Below, in pieces: positions 1 through 8,032 of a stretch of DNA of 64,000 nucleotides. Under the pieces are notes generated by a model. The model saw nothing but the letters and a program-made list of their open reading frames with translations, did no database searches and had not been told where the DNA came from. The stretch covers positions 91,305-155,304 of the IMG/VR virus record IMGVR_UViG_3300031949_000001; one strand, written 5' to 3'. The first letter of the stretch is position 1. Each line of letters opens with the position of its first letter. The translations under genes were made by a program, and so were the position numbers. Origin of the DNA: a virus (lineage: Duplodnaviria; Heunggongvirae; Uroviricota; Caudoviricetes).

Positions 1-145
1 AAGCTAATTTATTGACTTGGGGAATTGGTTGACGAGAAATTGGGGTAACAGCATCTACAGATAGGTCTATAGGAGCCATTTCTGGTATCTCAGATTCATC
101 ATAGATTTTTTCGGTGAATCTAGGTAAAAACTCAGGATTTTTCAT
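1..145 (-). CDS. hypothetical protein, N-terminal part (runs off window start)
   Basis: ATG at 145, GAGAG SD upstream; frame MKNPEFLPRFTEKIYDES... stays open to the window edge. Confidence 0.55.
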   Translation of the reverse strand, partial: MKNPEFLPRFTEKIYDESEIPEMAPIDLSVDAVTPISRQPIPQVNKLA

Positions 146-176
146 TGCTACTCTCTATTTGAGAGGTATATATGGA

Positions 177-881
177 TTAATTAGGTAACCCTACGATGTG
201 CATCATTTGTACATCTCCAATTGTCCAAAGGTCGTATTGTTGTGACCCATCTTGAGATTGCATTCTCTCAATCGGAATGTCCGTAGCGGCTAGAATTTGT
301 TGGCGAACTTTAGAATCATCACGAATGTCTTTTTGAATTTTGTATACCCAAAGTTCATTGTACGTGCCGTCTTCTTCCTTGCGTTTGAACACAAGATGCG
401 CTCCTGAAACCTTTCTGATTAGACCTTGACGATTTGGATCTTCTCCGGGTTGTTCTGGATCATCTTCACCATCTCCAAGTCTAACTGGGGTATCACTCAT
501 GGTAGGCTTAGGATTATCGGCTTGCTTCTCACGCTCCGGGTCTTGTTCAGCATGATTGTTTGATGCTGCGGAGTCACCACGGTCTTCCTGGTAGCTCCTA
601 TCACGAGGATTAGAGTCACCTGGAACGGCATTTTGCATGTTTGGTTCTTCGTTTTTTGGATTTGGACGAAAACGGTTGACCCCTTTCTTACGAGGAGTTT
701 CTTCACCTTCTCCACCCATACCTAAGCCCAAACTAGCACTCATGTTGTCAGCGTCGGCATTTGGAGTTGGTCCATTCTTGGGACCATATTCACTATCTGG
801 ATATGGAGTTTGGAATTGACGAAGTTTCGTCAGCGTAGCACGCTGCTTGTTACCCCTTAGATAGTCCTTTAATGAAATCAT
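177..881 (-). CDS. hypothetical late protein with low-complexity acidic/Pro-rich middle
   Basis: 234-aa ORF; GATAAATA late motif at 903-910 upstream. Confidence 0.75.
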   Translation of the reverse strand: MISLKDYLRGNKQRATLTKLRQFQTPYPDSEYGPKNGPTPNADADNMSASLGLGMGGEGEETPRKKGVNRFRPNPKNEEPNMQNAVPGDSNPRDRSYQEDRGDSAASNNHAEQDPEREKQADNPKPTMSDTPVRLGDGEDDPEQPGEDPNRQGLIRKVSGAHLVFKRKEEDGTYNELWVYKIQKDIRDDSKVRQQILAATDIPIERMQSQDGSQQYDLWTIGDVQMMHIVGLPN

Positions 882-900
882 ACATAATCCCTTGTTTAAT

Positions 901-927
901 ATTATTTATCGGCGCGGGATAAATAAT
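901..927. promoter_or_regulatory. back-to-back divergent late promoters (GATAAATA on each strand)
   Basis: ATTATTTATC-7 nt-GATAAATAAT inverted repeat between divergent ORFs; resembles T4 late promoter TATAAATA. Confidence 0.75.
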
Positions 928-950
928 TACACCAAATCTAGGATGAACCC

Positions 951-1406
951 ATGGAGATAACAACAGAACAAGTCGTTAAAAGGTCTTTTCCTTTTATAAT
1001 ACAGAATCACCCGATAGAATATACCGGATATCCTTTTCTTTCAGTAATTCAATACAAGAACCAACATATCATATCTATCATTGACAACATCAACAAGAAG
1101 ACTGTCAAAGCCTTTGTGTTAGATTTGTGTGCGCCTGAGGGTGTGGATGAAGAGCTTGTAATCAATATCGCTGGTTATTGGTATGAATTCGAAAGGAATC
1201 GTTATCCTCTTTCAATTGAATTTTCTAAGCGTGGTATGGCTGGTATTACTGCCAAGATTTTGAAAACCTATACCATCGATTCTATTTCTAGGATCATGGG
1301 ACCATTATACGTTTACCCAACAGAAAATAACATAAAAATCAAAAGACGCAAGCGACGTGAGATATCTCCAACTGTGGAAATTAAACGGTTAATAGCAATT
1401 AAATAA
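951..1406 (+). CDS. hypothetical phage protein
   Basis: 151-aa ORF, AGGA SD, late motif upstream. Confidence 0.75.
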   Translation: MEITTEQVVKRSFPFIIQNHPIEYTGYPFLSVIQYKNQHIISIIDNINKKTVKAFVLDLCAPEGVDEELVINIAGYWYEFERNRYPLSIEFSKRGMAGITAKILKTYTIDSISRIMGPLYVYPTENNIKIKRRKRREISPTVEIKRLIAIK

Positions 1407-1887
1407 TTTTGAGATAGTCTTTGAAAGAGAACTTGGCACTTTCGTTTTGGAATGGAATGTTAAGACCGCTTGGAGAAGGTGCCGGTGAAGCAGCAGAACC
1501 TTGTCCACCGTTTCCTTGGGAAAGAGCCGCTGGTGGTGTAGTAACCACAGAAGGAGCTACTGTCGATTGAGCGCCAGTCTCGCTTGTGCCATACGCTAAG
1601 TCTTTACCAAACTCAGTAAGCTGATTGTTCTCGTCTGTAACACCATCTTCTTGCATAGCGCCAGCGCCAGCGTCTGTAACACGCACTCGATCTGTTTGTG
1701 GATCACGTTCCACGTATTGAATTCGTTCAAGGGTGTCCAAAGCATCAACCAACTTTTCATCATTCAAAGCCAATTTTTTAAACCCATCCATATTTGGATC
1801 GGGTGAGGCGGTAATCTTCGCCAGGATGCGCTTTTGGTTGGTTGTAAGATTGATATCTTGACCAATTTGAATTTCAAACAATCTCAT
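1399..1887 (-). CDS. hypothetical late protein
   Basis: 162-aa ORF, GAGG SD, TATAAATA at 1909-1916. Confidence 0.75.
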   Translation of the reverse strand: MRLFEIQIGQDINLTTNQKRILAKITASPDPNMDGFKKLALNDEKLVDALDTLERIQYVERDPQTDRVRVTDAGAGAMQEDGVTDENNQLTEFGKDLAYGTSETGAQSTVAPSVVTTPPAALSQGNGGQGSAASPAPSPSGLNIPFQNESAKFSFKDYLKII

Positions 1888-1911
1888 AAAAGTTCCTCTA
1901 GAGACAAGTAT

Positions 1912-2481
1912 TTATAATAATCCAGCCTTCACGAGATGAAGTTGAAGAACTATAGTTGCGGAATAAGCGACTGCGTGAGGCTTTTTGAAAAAATATTTAT
2001 CGGTTTTTCTATATATTTCTTTTCTGATTGTGTCTTTATCTTTGATATAAGCATTGAGTAAATAGCGCTTACCCGGTCGAATTAAAGCAATACAATCTGC
2101 CAATTCTATAATTGACCTCGGACGAATGGCATCAACTACATCAAAATGGTTCTTGATTTGGTCTAATTTCTTGACGACCCCAGGACTTTGGAGAAGATTC
2201 CAGTCTGGTTCAATCCGGAGTAACGCGCGCATCTCTTCCTTGGATTCAAAAGAATCCAATGCGCTTAGATGTAAAAAATCAACCTTGAAGAATCCTTCTT
2301 TTTCTGCTTCTTTGAACGGAATAGCCGCCAATCCAGTTTCTTGGTCTTTGGCTATGTTCTGAAAGTACACACCAACTGGGTGTTTTATTAGTTCACCATT
2401 TTCGACCTTTGAGGCTAAAATGATAGTCGGAAAAATATCTTTTGGGTTAAAGTTTATTTTTGTATCGAGGTCAATATCCAT
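1912..2481 (-). CDS. DNA polymerase III alpha (DnaE)-like protein, C-terminal palm/fingers half, highly reduced
   Basis: Ordered DnaE-like motifs MDIDLD (PDIDID), KHPVGVY (HAAGVV), FKVDFLHL (KxDFLGL), ALIRPG, FKKPHAVAY (FNKSHAAAY). Confidence 0.8.
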   Translation of the reverse strand: MDIDLDTKINFNPKDIFPTIILASKVENGELIKHPVGVYFQNIAKDQETGLAAIPFKEAEKEGFFKVDFLHLSALDSFESKEEMRALLRIEPDWNLLQSPGVVKKLDQIKNHFDVVDAIRPRSIIELADCIALIRPGKRYLLNAYIKDKDTIRKEIYRKTDKYFFKKPHAVAYSATIVLQLHLVKAGLL

Positions 2482-2487
2482 CTATGT

Positions 2488-2516
2488 AATATAGCCGATA
2501 GACTGAAAAAAGTCAA
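2488..2516 (-). promoter_or_regulatory. sigma70-type promoter, probably giving a leaderless mRNA
   Basis: TTGACT-17-TATATT, then 6 nt to the ATG at 2481; no SD. Confidence 0.6.
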
Positions 2517-2857
2517 TTTGGGGTGATGCGTGATACGCAATCGGTTAGGTAATCTGTTTGCTCTTCATCGATAGAGCGTTTTGAATGGTATACTTTCTCT
2601 AACAAAGAAAAGAATGCTTCATCATCTGCTGGATCTAACACGAAAGCCTTTTCTGGTTTAACTATACGAATAGCATCCATGTGGTTTCTAATTGCTTCTT
2701 CGATTTGTTCATAAGGTATATTTTGATCTCTTGCTCCAATCGTGGTGGTAATCCACTCAGTTACATCGAGACATTGATTAAATGTAAACGTGTGTGATAA
2801 AACAGAATTAGAATAAAAGATTCCTATTAGCGCAGCAATTTTAACAAAATTACGCAT
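2513..2857 (-). CDS. hypothetical exported protein
   Basis: 114 aa with signal-peptide-like N-terminus MRNFVKIAALIGIFYSNSVLS. Confidence 0.65.
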   Translation of the reverse strand: MRNFVKIAALIGIFYSNSVLSHTFTFNQCLDVTEWITTTIGARDQNIPYEQIEEAIRNHMDAIRIVKPEKAFVLDPADDEAFFSLLEKVYHSKRSIDEEQTDYLTDCVSRITPN

Positions 2858-3264
2858 TACTCGCTGTTCTCAAACAATTCTACGTATACGATCCATGTTA
2901 CGGTATCGCCTGTATTGCCTTTAACTTCAATCTTCAATGAACCGTTTGTGGTATCTGCTGTTATTTGAATATCCCAAGCAGCATCGTCTTCTTTTGTTAA
3001 AATAGTGAGAGTTGTTGTATCAACGATAGCTGTTGAACCGTTTGTTGTTACGCGTTTGATGCCTCCGACGACAATGTACGTAGCGGCATCTACGAGAGGA
3101 GTTGTACGACCGACGAATGTGGCTTTGAATCCCCATACAACATTATCACCTAGAGTTAAACGAGAATCCATTACACCTTCTAGAAACAGTTCATGAAATG
3201 CATTGTCTGTCGTTGTTCCTGTAAAACGATTCGTAAGTTGATCGGCGCCAATTTTATTTCTCAT
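2857..3264 (-). CDS. stand-alone fibre C-terminal module (virion protein)
   Basis: Homologous to the C-termini of 8032-10278 and 45094-47436 (ELFxxG ... ADTTNGSL..V.G...T..W); TATAAATA at 3286-3293. Confidence 0.7.
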   Translation of the reverse strand: MRNKIGADQLTNRFTGTTTDNAFHELFLEGVMDSRLTLGDNVVWGFKATFVGRTTPLVDAATYIVVGGIKRVTTNGSTAIVDTTTLTILTKEDDAAWDIQITADTTNGSLKIEVKGNTGDTVTWIVYVELFENSE

Positions 3265-3288
3265 GGTATGTCCTCAATGATCTGATAT

Positions 3289-3858
3289 TTATATTTTTGG
3301 TTTATTTACTCGGAGAACAAATCGTATCTCCTGACAGACCCCAGGAATGGATTTCATTTTGATTTCTGCTGTCTTATCGCTCCAACCTTCGATCACTGAT
3401 ATTTGTGCCCAATAAGGGTCTGGAATATAATTCAACTCTTCCATTTTGAAGTCTACGTCAATCATCAGTCCAAGTTTGCTTTCTGAACCTTTGTTTTTGA
3501 GATCATTGAGGTTTCTATCTTTGTCGAACATAGCGAGACCTACTGGTGTGACTATTCGGCAATGTGTTGGGTCGTGTGCAAAGTTTTCATGCATCCAGTG
3601 AGGGACATTGATAAAAAGTTTGGCATCGTGTTTACAAATTCGGTATAGTTCTTTTATGATTTGAAGATAGGTCTTGCTATCGTTTCCGAGATGTTCCAAG
3701 ACATGATCCATATAGATCTCGCTGATAGAGTTATTTTCCCACGGATAAGGAAATTTTTCTAGATCATGGAGCACGTCTGGATTACACATGGGAAAATTGT
3801 CCACATTAGTGCAATTGTGCTTGTGGTTGAAGCCACACCCAAGGTTAAGTTTTTCCAT
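3289..3858 (-). CDS. class I SAM-dependent methyltransferase (Methyltransf_11-like)
   Basis: LNLGCG motif I, HVLEHL, ELYRICK, DPTH. Confidence 0.8.
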   Translation of the reverse strand: MEKLNLGCGFNHKHNCTNVDNFPMCNPDVLHDLEKFPYPWENNSISEIYMDHVLEHLGNDSKTYLQIIKELYRICKHDAKLFINVPHWMHENFAHDPTHCRIVTPVGLAMFDKDRNLNDLKNKGSESKLGLMIDVDFKMEELNYIPDPYWAQISVIEGWSDKTAEIKMKSIPGVCQEIRFVLRVNKPKI

Positions 3859-5218
3859 TTTTGATGTCCTGTTCGATCCAGTTATAGCAATTTTGAATTG
3901 CCTCGTCCCAATTATCGAAGCTGGTTTGTCTGAATATTCTTATGGTGGGATACCAGATCGATGTATCTTTTAGTTCTGCCCAAGGAAAGTATGGCACGAA
4001 CGGGGCTATTAGGCAAACCTTCTTACCCATTGCAGCAGCGGCATGTGTTATAGATGTACAACTTGTGACGATGTAATCCATGTTTGCCATATATCCAAGA
4101 GTGTCTTCCCATGTCTGTAAGTCGTCTCTTAAATCAACTAATGGATCACCGATGCGAAGATCATCGAAATCACCATCGCGTTGTAGAGAATAGAGCTTAC
4201 CGAGAGTTGCGAATTTCAATAGTTTACGTGCTGGGATGGTTCTAAATTGTTCATGTTCAAACATTGGATTACCCGACCAACGAATACCAATCTTGAGAAT
4301 TGGCTCATCTATGTTCCGTCTTTTTTCCAATATCTTTTCAGGTAATGGCTCGATATACGTCATATTCGAGACAATGGGATCATTCAGTTTTAAAAGATTG
4401 ACACTGTTCATGCTTGGGAGGTAATAGTCGTAATCCCATTTTTTGACTTCTTCGATGGTACCGACGCGATCAACAAATGGAAGTCGTGAAAAGACCGACA
4501 CTAGATGAGGGCTACATCCTACGTTAACAATAGCACCCCTTTCTTTTAACATCTGTGCAAAACGAACGAAAATGATTTCATCACCCTGACCACCTTCGCA
4601 CGCAAAAAAGATGGTTTTTCCCTTTATGACCGTGGTGGTTTTCATTCTTTTGTATCGTGGTAAATCAAATAAATGTTCAGATCCCCAAGCACGTTCTTTA
4701 TTCCCATGTGCGAGATATTCAAATCCCTTTAAAAATTCACCACATCGTAATGTATGCCATCCTAAATTGAAGAGAGTTATATTACTATCCTGATCGAGTG
4801 TTTTTAACAACTCATGGGCTTCATCCATTCTACCAGCGTGATCTAAAAGAACAACCAATGTTAGACCTAAATCAGTTTCAGCTACTGGGTCTTCTATGTC
4901 CTTCCAAAGATTTTCGGCAATCTCAAGTGCCTCAGGTATTCGACGCAAATAGTACAAGACCAATGCGTAATTTTTTTGAAGTTCTGGAGGGAAAAAACCG
5001 AGTTTATCTCGTATATTTTCGACAAAGAGTGCTGATTGTTTATATTCATGGAGATGATAATACGAACCTGCTACCATATTAGCGAGTTCAACATTTGTTG
5101 GTTGAGATAGAAGAGCCAAAATGCCGAGTTCTTTCGCTGCTCGAAATTGTCCGTTATCGAATAGGTATTTTACTGGTTCAACAGGAATGACGACTGATTT
5201 TTGGTCTGGTGTTGGCAT
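3845..5218 (-). CDS. TPR-domain GT-B glycosyltransferase (family 9-like)
   Basis: Helical TPR-like N-half; EGGQGDEIIFVRF, IGIRWSGNP, YSLQ, DYIVTSCTSITHAAAAMG, WYPTIRIFRQ; CATAAATA at 5247-5254. Confidence 0.8.
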   Translation of the reverse strand: MPTPDQKSVVIPVEPVKYLFDNGQFRAAKELGILALLSQPTNVELANMVAGSYYHLHEYKQSALFVENIRDKLGFFPPELQKNYALVLYYLRRIPEALEIAENLWKDIEDPVAETDLGLTLVVLLDHAGRMDEAHELLKTLDQDSNITLFNLGWHTLRCGEFLKGFEYLAHGNKERAWGSEHLFDLPRYKRMKTTTVIKGKTIFFACEGGQGDEIIFVRFAQMLKERGAIVNVGCSPHLVSVFSRLPFVDRVGTIEEVKKWDYDYYLPSMNSVNLLKLNDPIVSNMTYIEPLPEKILEKRRNIDEPILKIGIRWSGNPMFEHEQFRTIPARKLLKFATLGKLYSLQRDGDFDDLRIGDPLVDLRDDLQTWEDTLGYMANMDYIVTSCTSITHAAAAMGKKVCLIAPFVPYFPWAELKDTSIWYPTIRIFRQTSFDNWDEAIQNCYNWIEQDIKNGKT

Positions 5219-5269
5219 ATGGTGTTATGATTAGATTATCACAACGTATTTATGCCGTTTTTAGCAACG

Positions 5270-6409
5270 TTATTTCTTACCAAGAACAACGACATTACTA
5301 CTCGAAATTGCTTGCCATGTCCCTGTAGGTATCAATATTGGCGAAGAAACCGCAGAAGCTGTTGTGCCTTGAGATAATTGAGCACCGGTATTATCACCCC
5401 ATCCCCAAAGGGTGTTATCGGATTTAATACCAAAGGTAGAAGTTACCCCACATGATACAAAAATCCATATTCCAGCAACTTGAGTTGGTGATGAACGATT
5501 GACTATGTCACCAAGTCCAAGTTGTCCACTAGTGTTAGTTCCCCACATCCAAAGACTACCATCTAGTTTAATTGCTGCGCCGTGTCCACCAAATGAAATT
5601 TGTGCCCACGTTCCTGTAAGTTGAACCGGCACACTGAGCACCGCCGCCGTGCTGGTTCCATCACCCCTTGATCCGTTCTCACCACGTCCAAATGCCCACA
5701 TCGTATTGTCATTTTTAAGAAGAATGAACGTGCCGACGTTGTTCGTGCCAGCCGGTTCACCACCTTCAATTCGTTTCCAACCAGTAGCGCTTAGAAATAA
5801 TATAGGCGATGAGACTAGTCCAAAAGGAGTATTTCCAACTCCCCATACCTGACCATCTGCTCTGATCATCATTGCTTGTAAGTTACCAGAACCTGTGACA
5901 ACAAATTCTTTTGTCCATGCTCCTGATATTTGAACAGGAGATGATCTTGGAGTTGTGCTACCTTGTCCCAAAACTCCACTACCACCAGCACCCCATGCCC
6001 AAAGTGTGTTATTTGACTTTAAAGCATAGGTTACGCCTGTTGTAGAATTTTCAGTCAGGGTTCTAACGCGCAACCATGATCCAGTCACTTGTACAGGAGA
6101 TGACCTAATAACAACGTCACCAACTCCAAGTTGTCCAACGATATTGTTACCCCACATCCATAATGTATTATCTGATTTGATCCCCCCACCAAAGCCAGAG
6201 CCTGCGGATACTTGGTTCCACTCACCAGCAATTAAGTTTGGTGATGAAAAAAGTGTTCCTGATGAACTTCCAATACCAAGAGCACCGGAAGTATTATTTC
6301 CCCATGAATATAATCCTGTGTTTATGAACAACGGATCATATATAGGAGCCGTACCGTCAAGTAGTGCGTTTTCTATATCTTCGATGAATATTGGCCTTTG
6401 TAGAGACAT
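5270..6409 (-). CDS. RCC1/BLIP-II-type beta-propeller repeat protein
   Basis: About 7 repeats of IKSDNTLWxWGxNxxGQLGxG...RSSPVQ. Confidence 0.85.
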   Translation of the reverse strand: MSLQRPIFIEDIENALLDGTAPIYDPLFINTGLYSWGNNTSGALGIGSSSGTLFSSPNLIAGEWNQVSAGSGFGGGIKSDNTLWMWGNNIVGQLGVGDVVIRSSPVQVTGSWLRVRTLTENSTTGVTYALKSNNTLWAWGAGGSGVLGQGSTTPRSSPVQISGAWTKEFVVTGSGNLQAMMIRADGQVWGVGNTPFGLVSSPILFLSATGWKRIEGGEPAGTNNVGTFILLKNDNTMWAFGRGENGSRGDGTSTAAVLSVPVQLTGTWAQISFGGHGAAIKLDGSLWMWGTNTSGQLGLGDIVNRSSPTQVAGIWIFVSCGVTSTFGIKSDNTLWGWGDNTGAQLSQGTTASAVSSPILIPTGTWQAISSSNVVVLGKK

Positions 6410-6424
6410 TTTAGTTACCTTTCT

Positions 6425-8032
6425 TTAAACGTTTTTACCTGATACATGAACAGCAACAGTGCTTGCAATTCCTGCGGTGGCACGAACCTTATATCCGGTT
6501 GGAATTCGAACAGGATTTTCTAACAATTCCACAGTTCCACCATATGAAATCATTAAATTGTAGCAGTAATATCCTTGGATGACGTTTGATGCATCAGTCC
6601 AAACAACCTGTACTGGAACATCTTGAACGGCTGTTGAAGTGTTAACAACAAGGATGCTTTCCAGAACAGTTCCATTGGTACCAGTAGAAGTGAATACATC
6701 AGTTATGTTGATTGTTGTTAAATTCAAGTTTGCTACCGTACCTTGAACGTAATCTGTTGTTGTATTATCTTCCCAAACAAGTGTGACATGAAGTGTCGAT
6801 ACTGCATTTGCTTGGAATCTTACTAGATCACCAGGAAGCAAAACCTTAGAACGTAAATCAAGATCAACCGTGCCGTATCCTGGGATTGGCATGTTGCTTG
6901 TGAACAATACTGGAGTAGTGCCACCATAGTTTATATCAGCATTAACCGTTGCCCAAGCTGCTGTAATGTTGGTAACAATAGCCGTTCGAAGAATCGCTCT
7001 ATGACTTGCTGCAACAGTTAATCCGCTTGATGCTAATGATGCCGTAATTGCGTATCCGAGTTGGTTGTTCAAGTTGAAGTCAGGATTACCACTACCGGTA
7101 GCAGCACTCCATGTTGGTGGCGCACCAACGCCTCCTGATGCTAAAAAGAAACCTGCTGTACCTGCTGATGTTGCAAGTAACCATGCACCTGTACCATCAA
7201 TACGGAATCTTTCTGTTCCAGCACCGAATGTTGCGCCACCTGTTGTGAAGATGAGGCTACCTGGGGTGCCAAGAGGAGAGAATCCACCAACGAGTGATAC
7301 ATTTGCTCCGTTCCCGGAAGTTGAACCACCACCACCAGCAGTTAAAGTAATACCACCGGCTATACCGGAAGTGAATACATCACCACCAAGTAGAGAGATA
7401 CTACCACCCGAACCAATGTTGCTGATACCAGCAGAAAGGTTGATGCTACCAGCAAGACCCGAATTGGTGGAGTATGGAGTTATAAATGTTGCACATTGAA
7501 TATTAATGTCACCACCATCACCAATACCCCCTGGAACACCACCAGCAAGAATATTAAGTTGTCCACCACTACCAATACCATCACCATTTGCGGTTTGAAT
7601 GGTAATACCACCACCGGTTCCATCTGTTACTGATCCTTGACCACCTAAGATTTCTACTAGACCTCCTGCGCCTCCCATTGCATTAATATCATCACCCCCT
7701 TGAATTGAGGTAACGCCAGCCGCCGCTGGCGCGTGAGTACCTTGATAGTTACCACCTTTTATGAGAATATTACCACCATGGGTTACACCAATATGGGAAG
7801 TATCATCGAATGCACCACCCGCTACAATGCTGATATCAGCGCCATGTGATCTACCACTACTTGATCCTGCGGTAAAAGTTATTGTGCCGCCCGTTTTTGC
7901 GTTCAAACTTCCAAGACCGTCAATAGGAAAACCATTAGAAGCATTGATAAAAAAATCTTCGCCAGCGCTTGGATCTACTGTTCCTTCTTTGGTTTTTATT
8001 AAATTTAATACATTATCAATAGTTAATGACAT
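6425..8032 (-). CDS. Gly-rich tail fibre-like protein with duplicated C-terminal beta domain
   Basis: GGxIxIxxG repeats; two similar C-terminal units (ILRTAIVTN...GTVDL / VLESILVVN...GTVEL). Confidence 0.7.
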   Translation of the reverse strand: MSLTIDNVLNLIKTKEGTVDPSAGEDFFINASNGFPIDGLGSLNAKTGGTITFTAGSSSGRSHGADISIVAGGAFDDTSHIGVTHGGNILIKGGNYQGTHAPAAAGVTSIQGGDDINAMGGAGGLVEILGGQGSVTDGTGGGITIQTANGDGIGSGGQLNILAGGVPGGIGDGGDINIQCATFITPYSTNSGLAGSINLSAGISNIGSGGSISLLGGDVFTSGIAGGITLTAGGGGSTSGNGANVSLVGGFSPLGTPGSLIFTTGGATFGAGTERFRIDGTGAWLLATSAGTAGFFLASGGVGAPPTWSAATGSGNPDFNLNNQLGYAITASLASSGLTVAASHRAILRTAIVTNITAAWATVNADINYGGTTPVLFTSNMPIPGYGTVDLDLRSKVLLPGDLVRFQANAVSTLHVTLVWEDNTTTDYVQGTVANLNLTTINITDVFTSTGTNGTVLESILVVNTSTAVQDVPVQVVWTDASNVIQGYYCYNLMISYGGTVELLENPVRIPTGYKVRATAGIASTVAVHVSGKNV

